A stretch of DNA of 64,000 nt, from assembly GCF_046119375.1 (NCBI RefSeq), contig NW_027362761.1:550684001-550748000 (forward strand), read 5' to 3'. The position numbers and the translations under genes are program-made. Below the pieces are notes generated by a model that was given only the letters and a program-made list of their open reading frames with translations, had not been told where the DNA came from and did no database searches. Of the stretch, positions 11,368-23,743 are shown piece by piece (the first letter of the stretch is position 1; every line of letters begins with the position of its first letter). The DNA is from Phyllobates terribilis. Lineage: Eukaryota.

Positions 11368-12099
11368 AGGGAATCGGTCACCAGGTTTCTGCTATTTAAT
11401 CTGAGAGCAGCATGATGTAAGGAAAGAGATTCTGATCCCAGCAATGTATCACTTGCTGATTTGCATGCTTTCATTTTGATAAAATCACTGTTTTACCTGC
11501 TGCGGATCTACCTTTTCTATGAATGATGAGCTCTGTAATGTCCCACCCACACCCCCGATTGGCTGCTTTCTGTGTACATTGTAAATTGGCAGAAAGCTGA
11601 AAATCAGTGGTGGGGGTGTGGTTACCCAGAGCTGGAGGACTACTTGACATGAGGCACCTAGTCCTCTAGTGATTATCTCCTGCTGATAAAACACTGACTT
11701 TACTGAATAGTATGAACAACGAAAAGTGGCACTCACCACCAGCTGCAATTTTAAAAGTTCTTTATTCCAGCGTACATATCCGAAAGAGCAACAGGCAGGA
11801 GGTGTGGGGGAGTGGGAGAAAGTGGATGGCGGCTGTTTCACACTACAACCAGCGCTTCTACGGGTCCAACTATGGAGCACTGTCAAGCAGTGCTGCAACA
11901 GGCAAATGGTCACATATAAGAGGACTTTATATTTAGATGAAATATAGGACTGGTGCCTACGTAGCTTCACTTCTACACAATACTGACTTTACTAAAACAA
12001 TAACATACAGCCTAGTAAGTGTCACTTCCCTGGAATGAGGCTTTCTGATCCTCTGATCCTACATCATGCTACTAGTAAAAACCTGCTGACAGATTCCCT
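11368..12099. mobile_element. TTAA-flanked MITE (Kolobok / T2-MITE type)
   Basis: TTAA on both sides. TIRs AGGGAATCGGTCACCAGGTTT / AAACCTGCTGACAGATTCCCT match at 19 of 21 positions. Confidence 0.85.
11705..11981 (-). mobile_element. 277-bp retro-insertion, Penelope-like remnant
   Basis: Flanked by a 12-bp direct repeat ACTGACTTTACT (11693-11704 and 11982-11993). Contains a degenerate minimal hammerhead-like motif on the minus strand at 11823-11869. Confidence 0.5.
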
Positions 12100-14103
12100 T
12101 TAATAAATTCGGCGGAACTAACTCCAGCAAATAAGGAGTGATATACAAAATACTAGTCTTGATGGAGTCCTCCATAATTTTGAAACTCCTGTGTTCTGAT
12201 GCAAAATCTGTAACAGAGCCCTTTAACTTTCTTGCTTAATAGTATTGGCCTATATAAAATGAAGAAGAAAGAATATGCAAGCAGAATCCTGCAAAAACTG
12301 TATGAGCTGAGATACTTTGTACAACAGTGGTTAATGCAATGCTGTGTATGATAGGAAAAGTAGCTGACACATAACTATTTGTTACCCCTTATGATAAAAT
12401 TAAGTGCTCTCCAAATAAGTACACTATGACATAAACCTTAGCAGCCGGAGGGCCCATAAATCAGTAGTGAGTAACTGGTACACTAGTGCAAGGAGATTAA
12501 AAAGGGCACAGTAAACATTTGGGCATGTATAATATACAAATTAAAAATGTGTGAACACTCACATCTGCATAATCTACAAATTAAAATGGGTAATAGCATA
12601 GCATTAATTAGTGACTGATCAATTCATCCTTAATTGCCGGCATGCAAATGAACTTTCCGAGGTTCAAAAATGAATTTGTGAGAGAGCCATTAACCTTGTA
12701 TCTATAACACAGTTACAAATCAAGACAGGGAAAAAAAGTATCTTTTATAGTCTTTGTGTGGAAGGGTGTTTATAATTGTATGGCAGACAATTAAAGTGCA
12801 ACTGATCACTTGTTGTTAACGTATATTTATGAAGCTCTTCTGTTATTTTATGTGTGAGACGTCCACAAGCTAATTTGGGTTTTGTGATCATAAATATTTA
12901 TATGATAGTTAGATTCATGGTGTCCATCGCGTAGGGGCTGGAAAATCTTCTATCAATGTTTTGGAGACTAATTTTATTGTATACCAAAGTGAGAAACTCA
13001 GGAAAATAATTGTTTAACCAAGTAAAACCCTAGTTAACTTCGGAGACAAAGATCAGTAGTGTCTACAATGATGAATGTCTGTACTTTTTTGTGAGGTTCA
13101 TTTGAAATTTTATTTATAAAAATAAATAAAAACATAATTACAATCAGGCTAATATTAGGAACCTGTTAGGTGATTCATGCTGCCCAAACCACAGTAAGCA
13201 TTAATCAAAGTCTGACTGCATGATTGCAGCCTGGTATATTATTTTCTGTAACAGTCCAATGTTTCAGAAAAAAATCTACTTTGAAGATCCGGCCTGGGAC
13301 CAAAGCCGAAGACCAGACTAGTCTGGACCCCAACCCCGGCTGGTTTCTCCCAGCATTGCAGCTAGTTATCGACAGGTCTCTCCCTTGCATGTACATAGGT
13401 AGAGTCCTGTCAATTACCTGCAGCAGCACTGGGAGTAGCAGGCCGGGGAAAAGTCAGACTAGTCTAGTTTCTGGATATGGTCCCTGGGTGGATCTGTAAA
13501 AAAGTGGACAACCTGTTGACACTCCCCCATTAAGATGTTATGGCTACATAATGCATTGCTATGTTTTAAATGTTGTTTTATCTGGTTTGTGACATGCAAC
13601 AATTGGTTAGCTGCAGACAGGGTTAAGTTTTGGGGCCAGCCCATAGTGGAAGGAGTTATGTGGGCAAAAGGAACTCAGTTCCTGTTGTTATGCAGATATG
13701 GAAGAGTACTTGAAAAAAGAAGTACCTATGGTCCTATAATTCACAGATCTGTATTATGAAGGGTGTTTGTGTACAAAGAAGGGAGACCATACTTGGATAG
13801 CATGTTCTGAAAGAAACATGGACTAAGTGGCAGAAGGATTCTTTAGCTCAGGCAAGGGGGCCTAAAGCAAATTTTAAGCAGGAGAAGGATTCCTTATCTC
13901 ATGCAAGCGCATCTAAAGCAAACATTATCTATACTAGATAAGAAGCTAGAGTGTAACTAGACCTGAAGGTCATAGAAGAGAAGGTGAACAAACCAGAAAA
14001 AGTCTTTAAAGGGGACTATTCAAAAACCATCACCAGAATAACCCCTTACTAAAATATCCTTTATTTATAAATATAATATTTAAAAAAACCACATAAATAA
14101 ACA

Positions 14104-14437
14104 AACACAAAAGAAATAAATCAGATATCAACCTGGGGATGTTGAATGTACTAGGAAGTCCCTATCAGGAACCCTCACTTTGCCCCTGCCTGGATGCGGA
14201 AGTTGGCACCCTATAAGGAGATTGAGATTAGTGCCCCCGCTCAGCGTAGGCTGGCCCTATTGGTCCCTAACCAGCCCTATAGCCTTATCGCTATAGATAC
14301 AACACTTAGTGGTTCAATCTCAATCTCTTTATAGGGGGGCCGACCTCCACAGCTAGGCAGTGGCAAAGTGAGGGTTCCTGATAGAGACCTCCTAGTACGT
14401 TCAACAGCCCCAGGTTGATATTTATTTCTTTTGTGTT
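14104..14437. repeat. Long imperfect inverted repeat (arms of ~120 bp)
   Basis: 14104-14229 is the reverse complement of 14317-14437, e.g. CTATCAGGAACCCTCACTTTGCC / GGCAAAGTGAGGGTTCCTGATAG. Confidence 0.85.
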
Positions 14438-15077
14438 CAGAGAAGAGAAGGTGGCCAGGTTGGGATACAAGTTCTCCTATGGGTAACTGAGGATGCAGCG
14501 GCACAGCAAGGAGCATGTGGCCTTCATCAAATGGATTTGGAGAATAGCAGTGAGGAGTCATAGTGACGCGCCTCAGCCCTTGAGATTCTCACAAATCTAC
14601 CTGTGAGGGGCCATAGTGACACACCTCAACACCTGCTCCATTCTCAGTCTGTGCTATTAAAGATATGAAGATAAGGAATCACTGAGAACTTCAGCTATAT
14701 TCATCAGTGACAGACTTTGAAGGGGGTGGCAAGGCACGTGTATGACCAGGCACTCCAACTCCTCGACAATATACAAGTCCCCATTCAAATCTAATAATTA
14801 TCACTATCACTATTGAATGGATAAGTGATTATTTATGTAGATCGGAATACTCATTTAACTAACTCCAAATTTGACATATAGAAATTTGAGTAAGAGCTCT
14901 AAATTCCCCTCACTGCATTGATCAATAGTAGTACTGGAGGTCAGACCCCCATCGAGCCTAAAGCTCATGGACCTCAGTGCAAATTATGTAGCAGAAACTC
15001 TGAGATAACTTGTGTCAATATAGAACATTGCACTCTACTACTTATGTTTTTTGGTAGAGCAGCATTTTAGAAACGTA

Positions 15078-15272
15078 GGCATTGTGCACACGTTGAGTAT
15101 TTGGTACGTTTTTTATCTCAGTATTTCTAAGTCAAAACCAGGAGTCGAACAATCACAGGAAAAGTATAATAGAAACACATCACCACTTCTGCATTTTTTT
15201 CCCCACTCCTGGTATTGGCTTACAAAAATGGATGTAAAATAGTGACCAAATACTGAATGTGTGAACGTGGCC
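15078..15272. mobile_element. Short Harbinger-type MITE
   Basis: Ends GGCATTGTGCACACG / TGTGTGAACGTGGCC, followed by TTA. Confidence 0.6.
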
Positions 15273-16128
15273 TTAAGCAGCAGTGACTGGGTGTTTCTGA
15301 TGCACCATCCAATGGTAAATCTTTGTATCAATCATTGACAATATTTATTTTGTTAGGTACTTGATGGAAAGAGTCTAAGGCACTAAGCAATCTTTGCCTA
15401 TAGGCTTCTGGGATGTATATTCTCTCATACACACATCTACCCTTAAAGGCTATGAACACCTTCACACAAAATTTTTTTATTGAACATTTGACTCCAAAAT
15501 GCAAAGTTAAACCTAAATGCATGGATATAATCCCTTAAAAATCCTGCTAGTGTAAGGGTTAATCACAGTTTACTGTTTTGTTGGAGATTTGTGATATAAT
15601 ATATGGTCTGGCCAGTAGAAGGTAGCGGAGAGGCCAGAGTTGAAGGGCAGGGGTTTGAATTGGTGCATAGTTGGAAAAAGGTCTGGAGAGACTCTGATCT
15701 GTTTTTAGTGACTCTGGGACGCGTTGTTCGGCTTGACATGAGCCGACTCAGTGAGGACAACCAAGGACACAGCATCTTGGGCTAGGCCGCGTCAGGTTTT
15801 ATTTCTAAGGACTTAGTGAAGCCCTGCGCTTGAGAGATCAGCATTCTCTAAGAGATTCAAGTCAGCGTTTCTGATTATTTGGGACTCAACCCAGCAAGGA
15901 CACTTCAGCCTCAGGACGTACCGGTACCATTTACAACTGAATATATATGTGCATATATAAATAACTTAATGGAGGTCTAGTACATTAGGAGAAAAGGCCT
16001 CTTCTGTAAGAGATACTTCAAAAAACTGCTCCAAGTAGGCAATTATTAAAGTACTGGCATAACACTGTCGTTTTATAGATATATGCATAGAATGGATTAA
16101 TCACATGTATTTTTTGCTTACATATTTA

Positions 16129-16660
16129 GGCTACGCTCACACATGTTATGTTTTGCTGTGTATTTTGCAGCAGATTTTTATGCAAATTTTCAGCTGCGTC
16201 TGGCAGTACCAGCAAAGTCTATGAGAAACCAGAATTCTCTGTTCACATATGTTGCTTTGTGTTTGCTGCGTAGTTTCTGCCTTGCTTGCATATTTGGAAA
16301 ATAGAGCATGTCACTTCTTTCAGCGTTTCTGCAGCAGAAAACGCACCTGCATTTTTGTTGTGTATTTGCTGAGTTTTTTCACCTATAGGAAGCAATGGGT
16401 GGTCAAAAAACAAAGCAAAAACACAGAAAAAAACACGACAAAACTTGCATGTTTTTTACGCAGCTGTTTTCCTGCCAGAGAAAAGTTAGCAGCAGATTTA
16501 CAACAGAAAAAAACAGGTGTGTGAACATAGCCTTAGGCTTAGGCTATGTTCACAAACGTTGTGTTTTTTTTTCTGCTGCAAATCTGCTGCTAACTTTTCT
16601 CTGGCAGGAAAACAGCTGCGTAAAAAACGCAGGGTTCGTTGCGTATTTTGTTGCGTATTT
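16129..16660. mobile_element. Harbinger-type MITE (16129-16532) plus an inverted partial copy starting at 16542
   Basis: GGCTACGCTCACAC...GTGTGAACATAGCC with TTA TSDs. A second GGCTATGTTCAC begins 9 bp after the first copy ends, in the opposite orientation. Confidence 0.75.
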
Positions 16661-17178
16661 TATAAACTGGTTAGTAAATATCCAGATTATATGATCTAAT
16701 TTTTGTGCCTGTCTGCTGATTGCTGCTGTACCTCTCATCTTGTGGCCGTCCCTCGCCCACATTTCACTAGCACTGTACCAGTTTAGTAAGTGGCATCAGC
16801 AAAGTCAAATCAGAGAAGAGAAAGTTCCATCATGAGTTTGTGTGGCTTGACACAGGCAGTGTCAGTGTGCACGTGCACTCCTGCCAGCTGACTTTAGGAG
16901 GCAATTGCTTTGGGAAGCAAGTGATGTTAATCAGAAGGAGGAGAAACCTCTAACATGCAAAATAAGGGAGCATCGTGGTGCATCAAGCTTTTGGCCATGT
17001 TAATGTGGCAATAAACCTCACTCATTTGAAAACAAATCAGTTTTCTCAGGCACTGAACCAGTAATCGGTACAATGCTCCTATGATATTTATAAGAGCTAA
17101 GTATCCAATATACTTTGGAGATGAAAAGCTCCTTTACAAAAATTTCTATCAATTTTGCAACTGAAATGTGTTTGTAAG

Positions 17179-18132
17179 TAGAGATGAGCAAATAAATTTG
17201 AGTAGAAAATTCTACTCAAATTTTGCAAATTTTTTTTGTAATTCGCCTCCTCCCGAATTCAGCATAATGGCGGCCGCTGGCCATCAAAATTGTTAAAAAC
17301 TAAACTACTACGTCTGAGTGTCCACCTTCAGTAGGTGTATACACCCAAAGATGATGCACTACAGAGCACACATTCGCTCTGCCGGCACCATTGTCTATGA
17401 CCCCGTCGGCGGATACTTTCCAAATCGCGTTTTGTGGCATTTTAGTCTATGGCCCCTTCGGCGCATACTTTCCAAAACGCGTTTTGCGGCGTTATAGTCT
17501 ATGGCCCCTTCGGCTCATACTTTCCAAATCGTGTTTTGCAGGCGAGGTGTTTGAACTTAAGCTTCGACAGGGTCACTGAACGTGTAACACAAATGCAATG
17601 TAAAAGCACCCTTATACTCACCTTAACACGCACCTCTCTAGCCCCATCCATGTCACCTGTCCAGTCCTTGCTGCATATTCAGACCGCCGCTGCTCGTGCT
17701 GAAATCACCCCCGCCTCTCAAGCTAGCCCTGGACTTCCAACCTTGATGAGGCTTGGGAGGATTCTGCGCAAGTGCACGAAACGTCATGGCATCAAAATGA
17801 CATGTTGCACGCTGTGACCGTGAGCATGTACGTGCAGAACCCCCCTCATCAAAGCTGCAAGTTCCAGCCAAGCATGAGAGCACAAGCAGCGATGATCTGA
17901 AGATGTGGCGAGGACTCAACAGGTGACAGTGAGGAGTGGAGGGTCTAGAAAGGTGAGCAGTGAGATAAGTATAAGAATTTTTTTTTACTATTTTACATAT
18001 TATATTTATTATGTTCTCTGGTCTCGTTAGATAGATGAAATCACTCTAGCAAAATAAGGAACATTAAATTAATGGAGAATAACTTCCTTGCATATAAGCA
18101 AATTCAAATTTCCCCTGATCTGCTCATCTCTA
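17179..18132. mobile_element. Non-autonomous hAT element (954 bp)
   Basis: Perfect 12-bp TIR TAGAGATGAGCA / TGCTCATCTCTA and perfect 8-bp TSD TTTGTAAG (17171-17178 and 18133-18140). Confidence 0.92.
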
Positions 18133-19664
18133 TTTGTAAGTCCTTAATATAGCAGAGTACCCTGCAAAAATGTTACAAATCTGTCATAGTTCTAACTCAG
18201 TTCTGATGGTGTTCTCTGCATTTTCCTCCCTTCTCTCAGTATTAAAAGCAGGTAGGTGAGGGGGAATATACACATATTTGGAGAGAGAAGGAATCATCAC
18301 AGTCTCAGGGAGTGCTGAGTAAACAGGCTGTAGAAAAGAAGGAAATAAGTACAGGTTAGAAGCTGTGCTGTGACATGGGCTAATGAAGACAGCAGCACCC
18401 TGGCTACATAGAGACCTCTCATCCAGCCTATACTACTGAGAAATATATTGGATCAGTCGGCAAACTGCATATAAGAGGTCCAGAAAATGAATAACAGAAT
18501 GGATATTGCAGACTGAAGCGTGTAATTTTATTAACAAAACGTAACCATTTTTTATATGTCAAAAGTCTCCATATCCTTTAACTTTTATTTAATTGTGTTG
18601 CGTTATACAATATTCAAAAATACTAATCCCATACAATCTCACACCATTAAATAAAAAAAATGCAGTAAATATGATTTTTTTTTTTTACATTGGGAAACGA
18701 CGTGATCATGAACGGCCAATGGATAAAATCTGTCACAGGCATCTGTTAGGGCCATGCAGTAATGTATATCTTTGACGTTTAATTTTTTTTAAACAGAGGA
18801 TTCTATAGGAGACGTGCAGATGATGGATGACCAAGCTGTAGCATCAGTCAGAGTTATTTTTTTTTTTTTTACATTTCTGTATAACATCTGGCACTATACA
18901 CCTGGGGATAATAGTAATTTAGTAGAGGAAGGACACATCTGTATACTATTAATATGATAGAAAAAGAGACTATTTTGTTTTAAACCAGCTGGGTACTAAA
19001 AGAGCAAGTGGAATTCTTCCATCGTGAATACCATGTCAAGATTGCCATGTTTAAATGTATTGGTTCTAAATTCATCATAAACTTTTCTTTTCAATAAGTC
19101 GCCCCAGGACACATATTGAAAAACAAGACACGAAAGTATATAATGAACTTCAACTCTTCAGTTAAGGAAAAAAAATCTGCCGTGTGTCGGCTTACCTGAC
19201 TGTTGGGGATTTTGTCAGCTTTAGATTCTCAACTTTTGTTTCTGTTAAGCCTTTTGGAGCAGAAGTCACCACTGTTATTACCGTAATCAGCTTTGTACAA
19301 GCCCTTCTTCAGGCTCGTGTACAGTTAGCTGGGCTAGCAGACAGAGATCCCATTTAGTTCTCAACGCTGAATACTAAAGATGAAGAAATAATGGAAAAAA
19401 ACATTTGTGGAAAGAGAAGTATTGAATACATTTTTGGTTCCAAAATCCCAAATCCAATATACACTTATTATACTGAATTGACAAATTACAAATGCTAGAG
19501 ACTGAACGACGCTAGCAAGAGACAAAGACTAGTATTTAAAAAATCCTAAAAATGATTGCGGTACTTTTAAAACCAGCAAATTGTAGATTGTATAAATTGT
19601 AGATTGTATAAAATTACAAATTGTGTTGTTTTACAGATTCTGTTTGAACTAATATAAAAATATA

Positions 19665-21291
19665 CAGTACAGACCAAAAGTTTGGACACACTTTCTCATT
19701 TAAAGATTTTTCTGTATTTTGATGACTATGAAAATTGTACATTCGCACTGAAGGCATCAAAACTATAAATTAACACAGGTGGAATTATATACTTAACAAA
19801 AAAGTGTGAAACAACTGAAAATATGTCTTATATTCTAGGTTCTTCAAAGTAGCCACCTTTTGCTTTGATGACTGCTTTGCACACTCTTGGTATTCTCTTG
19901 ATGAGCTTCAAGAGGCAGTCACTGGAAATGGTCTTCCAACAATCTTGAAGGAGTACCCAGAGATGCTTAGCACTTGTTGGCCCTTTTGACTTCACTCTGT
20001 GGTGCAGCTCACCCCAAACCATCTCGATTGGGTTCAGGTCTTGTGACTATGGAGGCCAGGTCATCTGGCGTAGCACCCCATCTCTCTCCTTCTTGGTCAA
20101 ATAGCCCTTACACAGCCTGGAGGTGTGTTTGGGGTCATTATCCTGTTAAAAAGTAAATGACGGTCCAACTAAACGCAAAGCGGATGGAATAGCATGCCGC
20201 TGCAAGATGCTGTGATTGCCATGCTGGTTCAGTATGCCTTCAATTTTTAAATAATTCCCAACAGTGTCACCAGCAAAGCACCCCCACACCATCACACCTC
20301 CACCTCCATGCTTCACGGTGGGAACTAGGCATGTAGAGTCCATCCGTTCACCTTTTCTGCGTCGCACAAAGACACGGTGGTTGGAACCAAAGATCTCAAA
20401 TTTGGACTCATCAGACCAAAGCACAGATTTCCACTGGTCTAATGTCCATTCCTTGTGTTCTTTAGCCCAAACAAGTCTCTTCTGCTTGTTGCCTGTCCTT
20501 AGCAGTGGTTTCCTAGCAGCTATTTTACCATGAAGGCCTGCTGCACAAAGTCTCCTCTTAACAGTTGTTGAAGAGATGTGTCTGCTGTTAGAACTCTGTG
20601 TGGCATTGACCTGGTTTCTAATCTGAGCTGCTGTTAACCTGCGATTTCTGAGGCTGGTGACTCGGATAAATTTATCCTCAGAAGCAGAGGTAACTCTTGG
20701 TCTTCCTTTCCTGGGGCGGTCCTCATGTGAGCCAGTTTCTTTGTAGCACTTGATGGTTTTTGCAACTGCACTTGGGGACACTTTCAAAGTTTTCCCAATT
20801 TTACGGACTGACTGACCTTCATTTCTTAAAGTAATGATGGCCACTCGTTTTTCTTTACTTAGCTGCTTTTTTCTTGCCATAATACAAATTCTAACAGTCT
20901 ATTCAGTAGGACTATCAGCTGTGTATCCACCTGACTTCTGCACAACACAACTGATGGTCCCAACCCCATTTATAACGCAAGAAATCCCACTTATTAAACC
21001 TGACTGGGTACGCCTCTAAAGTGAAAACCATTTCCGGTGACTACCTCTTGAAGCTCATCAAGAGAATGCCAAGAGTGTGCAAAGCAGTCATCAAAGCAAA
21101 AGGTGGCTACTTTGAAGAATCTAGAATATAAGACATATTTTCAGTTGTTTCACACGTTTTTGTTAAGTATATAATTCCACATGTGTTAATTCATAGTTTT
21201 GATGCCTTCAGTGTGAATGTACAATTTTTATTGTCAGGAAAATACAGAAAAATCTTTAAAAGAGAAGGTGTGTCCAAACTTTTGGTCTGTA

Positions 21292-21295
<4 letters not shown>
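19665..21295 (-). mobile_element. Full-length Tc1-like transposon, DD38E (Intruder-type), 1631 bp
   Basis: CAGTACAGACC termini with TA TSDs. TIRs of ~270 bp (19665-19932 and 21027-21295). Confidence 0.95.
19828..20880 (-). pseudogene. Tc1-like transposase (350 codons) with two in-frame stops
   Basis: Motifs GRPR, WSDESKFE, TVKHGGGGVMVWGCF, QDNDPKH and DLNPIEMVW. TAA at 20146-20148 and TAG at 20047-20049 sit where Gln codons are expected. There are 38 residues between the second Asp (20140-20142) and the Glu (20023-20025). Confidence 0.93.

Positions 21296-21325
<30 letters not shown>
21296..21325. repeat. (TA)n microsatellite at the Tc1 TA target site
   Basis: Direct reading of the sequence. 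Confidence 0.97.
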
Positions 21326-21333
<8 letters not shown>

Positions 21334-22262
21334 CTATTTTAACACATATTTATTTTTGTAACTTTCTATCGTTTTGGTCATTTTGAAATTAAATATGTTA
21401 CTGCAATTATGGCACAATGCAGAAGTGAACAGAATGAGAAAGAAAACAAACATAGCCAATAGGATTTTCTTAGCAGTTCTCCGCATGACCATATGGAGTG
21501 CTTTTTCAGGAAGCTTCAGAAACTTTTATTTAAACACAGATAGAAAAATGTATCAAAGTTTTCTCAGTATTTCTTGCATCCAATAGAATTTAATTAAAAT
21601 ACTTCTTAACACTAATTAACATAGACTAATATCAAAATATATAAAAACACAACTTAATCATATATTAACTAATAATTTGTGGGGTTTTTTCAAATTTTAG
21701 AGCCCTTAAAATTATAAGCAGATGATTGGGAGACTTGGTCATAAGATCCCCACCGATTGCTCAAATCTCACCTTTCACCCCCTCCCCCAACACTGCCTTT
21801 AAAATGCTCAGCTCAGCAAACAGGATCGAAAGACTTCTAGCTGAGCGTGCACCCAAAGTGGGGTATGGATCAATAGCTCTCATAGGCTATGAGGCTTAAG
21901 TTTTCTATTAAATTCACAATGGTCTGTATATATGCGCTCCCGTTTGACAATCAGCGCATCTTTTGAGAGTGGGGTGGAGGGGGTTTGAGCAATAGGTGTC
22001 AGGTCGCAGAATCTAGATCCATTTCCGATCTGCTTAACGGTATTGAAATGTTAAAAAACCTTATAAAGGTTTAGTTACTCTCTAAAGAGGCACTCCAAAC
22101 AAAAATGTTATCTTGTAAACCTTTCTAAATATATTTGCAATGTAGTGTAGTTGTATAAGAATACTCAACAATCTCCATCTTCCCCAGTTTCCAGCACTGC
22201 TCCGGTTCTCTTATGCGTCATGTGAGCACTGAAAGGCGGCGGTGTTCACACTGTGCAGTAAC

Positions 22263-22812
22263 TGAGGCAGTGACCCAAGCAAGTCCAACATAAACAGCTT
22301 TTATTCAGCAACTCACGGTTAAACAGAAAGTCCTCCGGTTCGCAGCCGGGTTAACATGAGTCCATAAACAACGGTTGCCGGGGACAATGGCCACGCCGGG
22401 CCTCTCAGAGCCTGACAGGTGCAGAGCCTTCCTAGGCAGTGGTTCAGCCACCCTCAGTCCTGCTGAGCTACCCTGCTGTGCTCCTAGCAGGTTGCAACAT
22501 AGAACAACACTAAACCTTAGTGAAGGAGTTTTAAAGGACCTGTGGCAAGAGCCACTGGAAAATCCGGGTTGGAGGGAGGAGGCCGCCCCACTGCCTCCTG
22601 TGACCTCCTCCAAGAAATGAAGGCCCTGCCGGGTTTTACTTAATCTGCCTTAGCCAGGTAGTCTGACCAGGTTATTGCTCACCTTCATTCCTGCATTGCA
22701 GCCACAGCTGTGTCTGTGACTGCAATTCACTCCAGTGGATTTAATAGGTCTCTGTACACATTCTGGGGGATATATAACGTCCCTCGTATACGATTCCGTT
22801 CACTGCCTCACA
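22263..22812 (-). mobile_element. LTR-like element with 11-bp terminal inverted repeats
   Basis: TGAGGCAGTGA (22263-22273) / TCACTGCCTCA (22800-22810). The minus strand begins TGTGAGG and has AATAAA at 22300-22305. TSD uncertain. Confidence 0.45.
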
Positions 22813-23328
22813 GCACTCATCTCCTTTACTGACTTGGGACCAGGGTGTGGGATGAAGCTACTTCCATTCAGGTAAAAACGGAGTTCCATAGATTTACATT
22901 GTTTAAGCGACTTATGCTCCACACAAAAGCCTCTGTGTGATCTGATGAGTCAAATGATTTAGAAGAGGAATGGAAAGATGCTGGTGAACAGGAAAGATGC
23001 CGATCAATATGCTATGCAATACAACTACCTTAAATTACAGACAAATTTAGAAAAAATTATGGAATACAATTTTTGTCGGGGGTGCTTCAATTTATAAGTA
23101 TTCATATGCATTACTATAACAAAATTAGCATAAATTAAAGAAAAAGTCACTAGATATTCATCAGAAGTTTTCCTAGATGTGATTGAGCCCTTGACTGTGT
23201 CTCCATATAACTCTTACGTTATAAGAAGGTTTTCAAAATCCAATATTGTCTCATCCTCATCATATTCGGAAGTTTGCTTCATTTTCCAATCAGAAAAGAC
23301 TTCCAGGGTAGCTATTTTATACGATTAA

Positions 23329-23743
23329 AGGGGTCGTCCACAACTTTAAAATTGATAACCTATCCTTAGGATAGGTCATCAATGTCTGATCGGTCGGGGT
23401 CCGATACTCAGCGCCTCTGCCGATCAGCTGTTATTGGTGTAGGCGGCAGCGGCCGCTGGCCATAAATACTCACTTGCCGAGCTAGCCATCGTCTGATAGT
23501 GGCCGCTGCAGGGTACTGCACATCCACCTATGACTTAAATAGGAGATAGATGTGTAGTACCCTGCCTCGGCAACTGTCAGAAGACTGACAGCTCCACAAG
23601 TGAGTATTTCCGGTTGGCAGCGGCGTCCATTGACACCGATAACCGGTGATCGGCAAGGGTGCCAGGTGTCGGACCCCCACTGATCAGAAATTGATGACCT
23701 ATTCTAAGGATAGGTCATCAATGCTAAAGTAGTGGAAACCTCT
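23329..23743. mobile_element. TTAA-flanked palindromic MITE (Kolobok / T2-MITE type)
   Basis: TTAA-AGGGG...CCTCT-TTAA. The two halves are reverse complements over most of the length. Confidence 0.87.

Noticed and set aside
13200-13515. Partial palindromic MITE-like segment (similar ones at ~21700-22250, ~33100-33245, ~37580-38176 and ~39380-39545)
   Set aside because: Inverted arms are visible, but both termini and the TSD could not be fixed.
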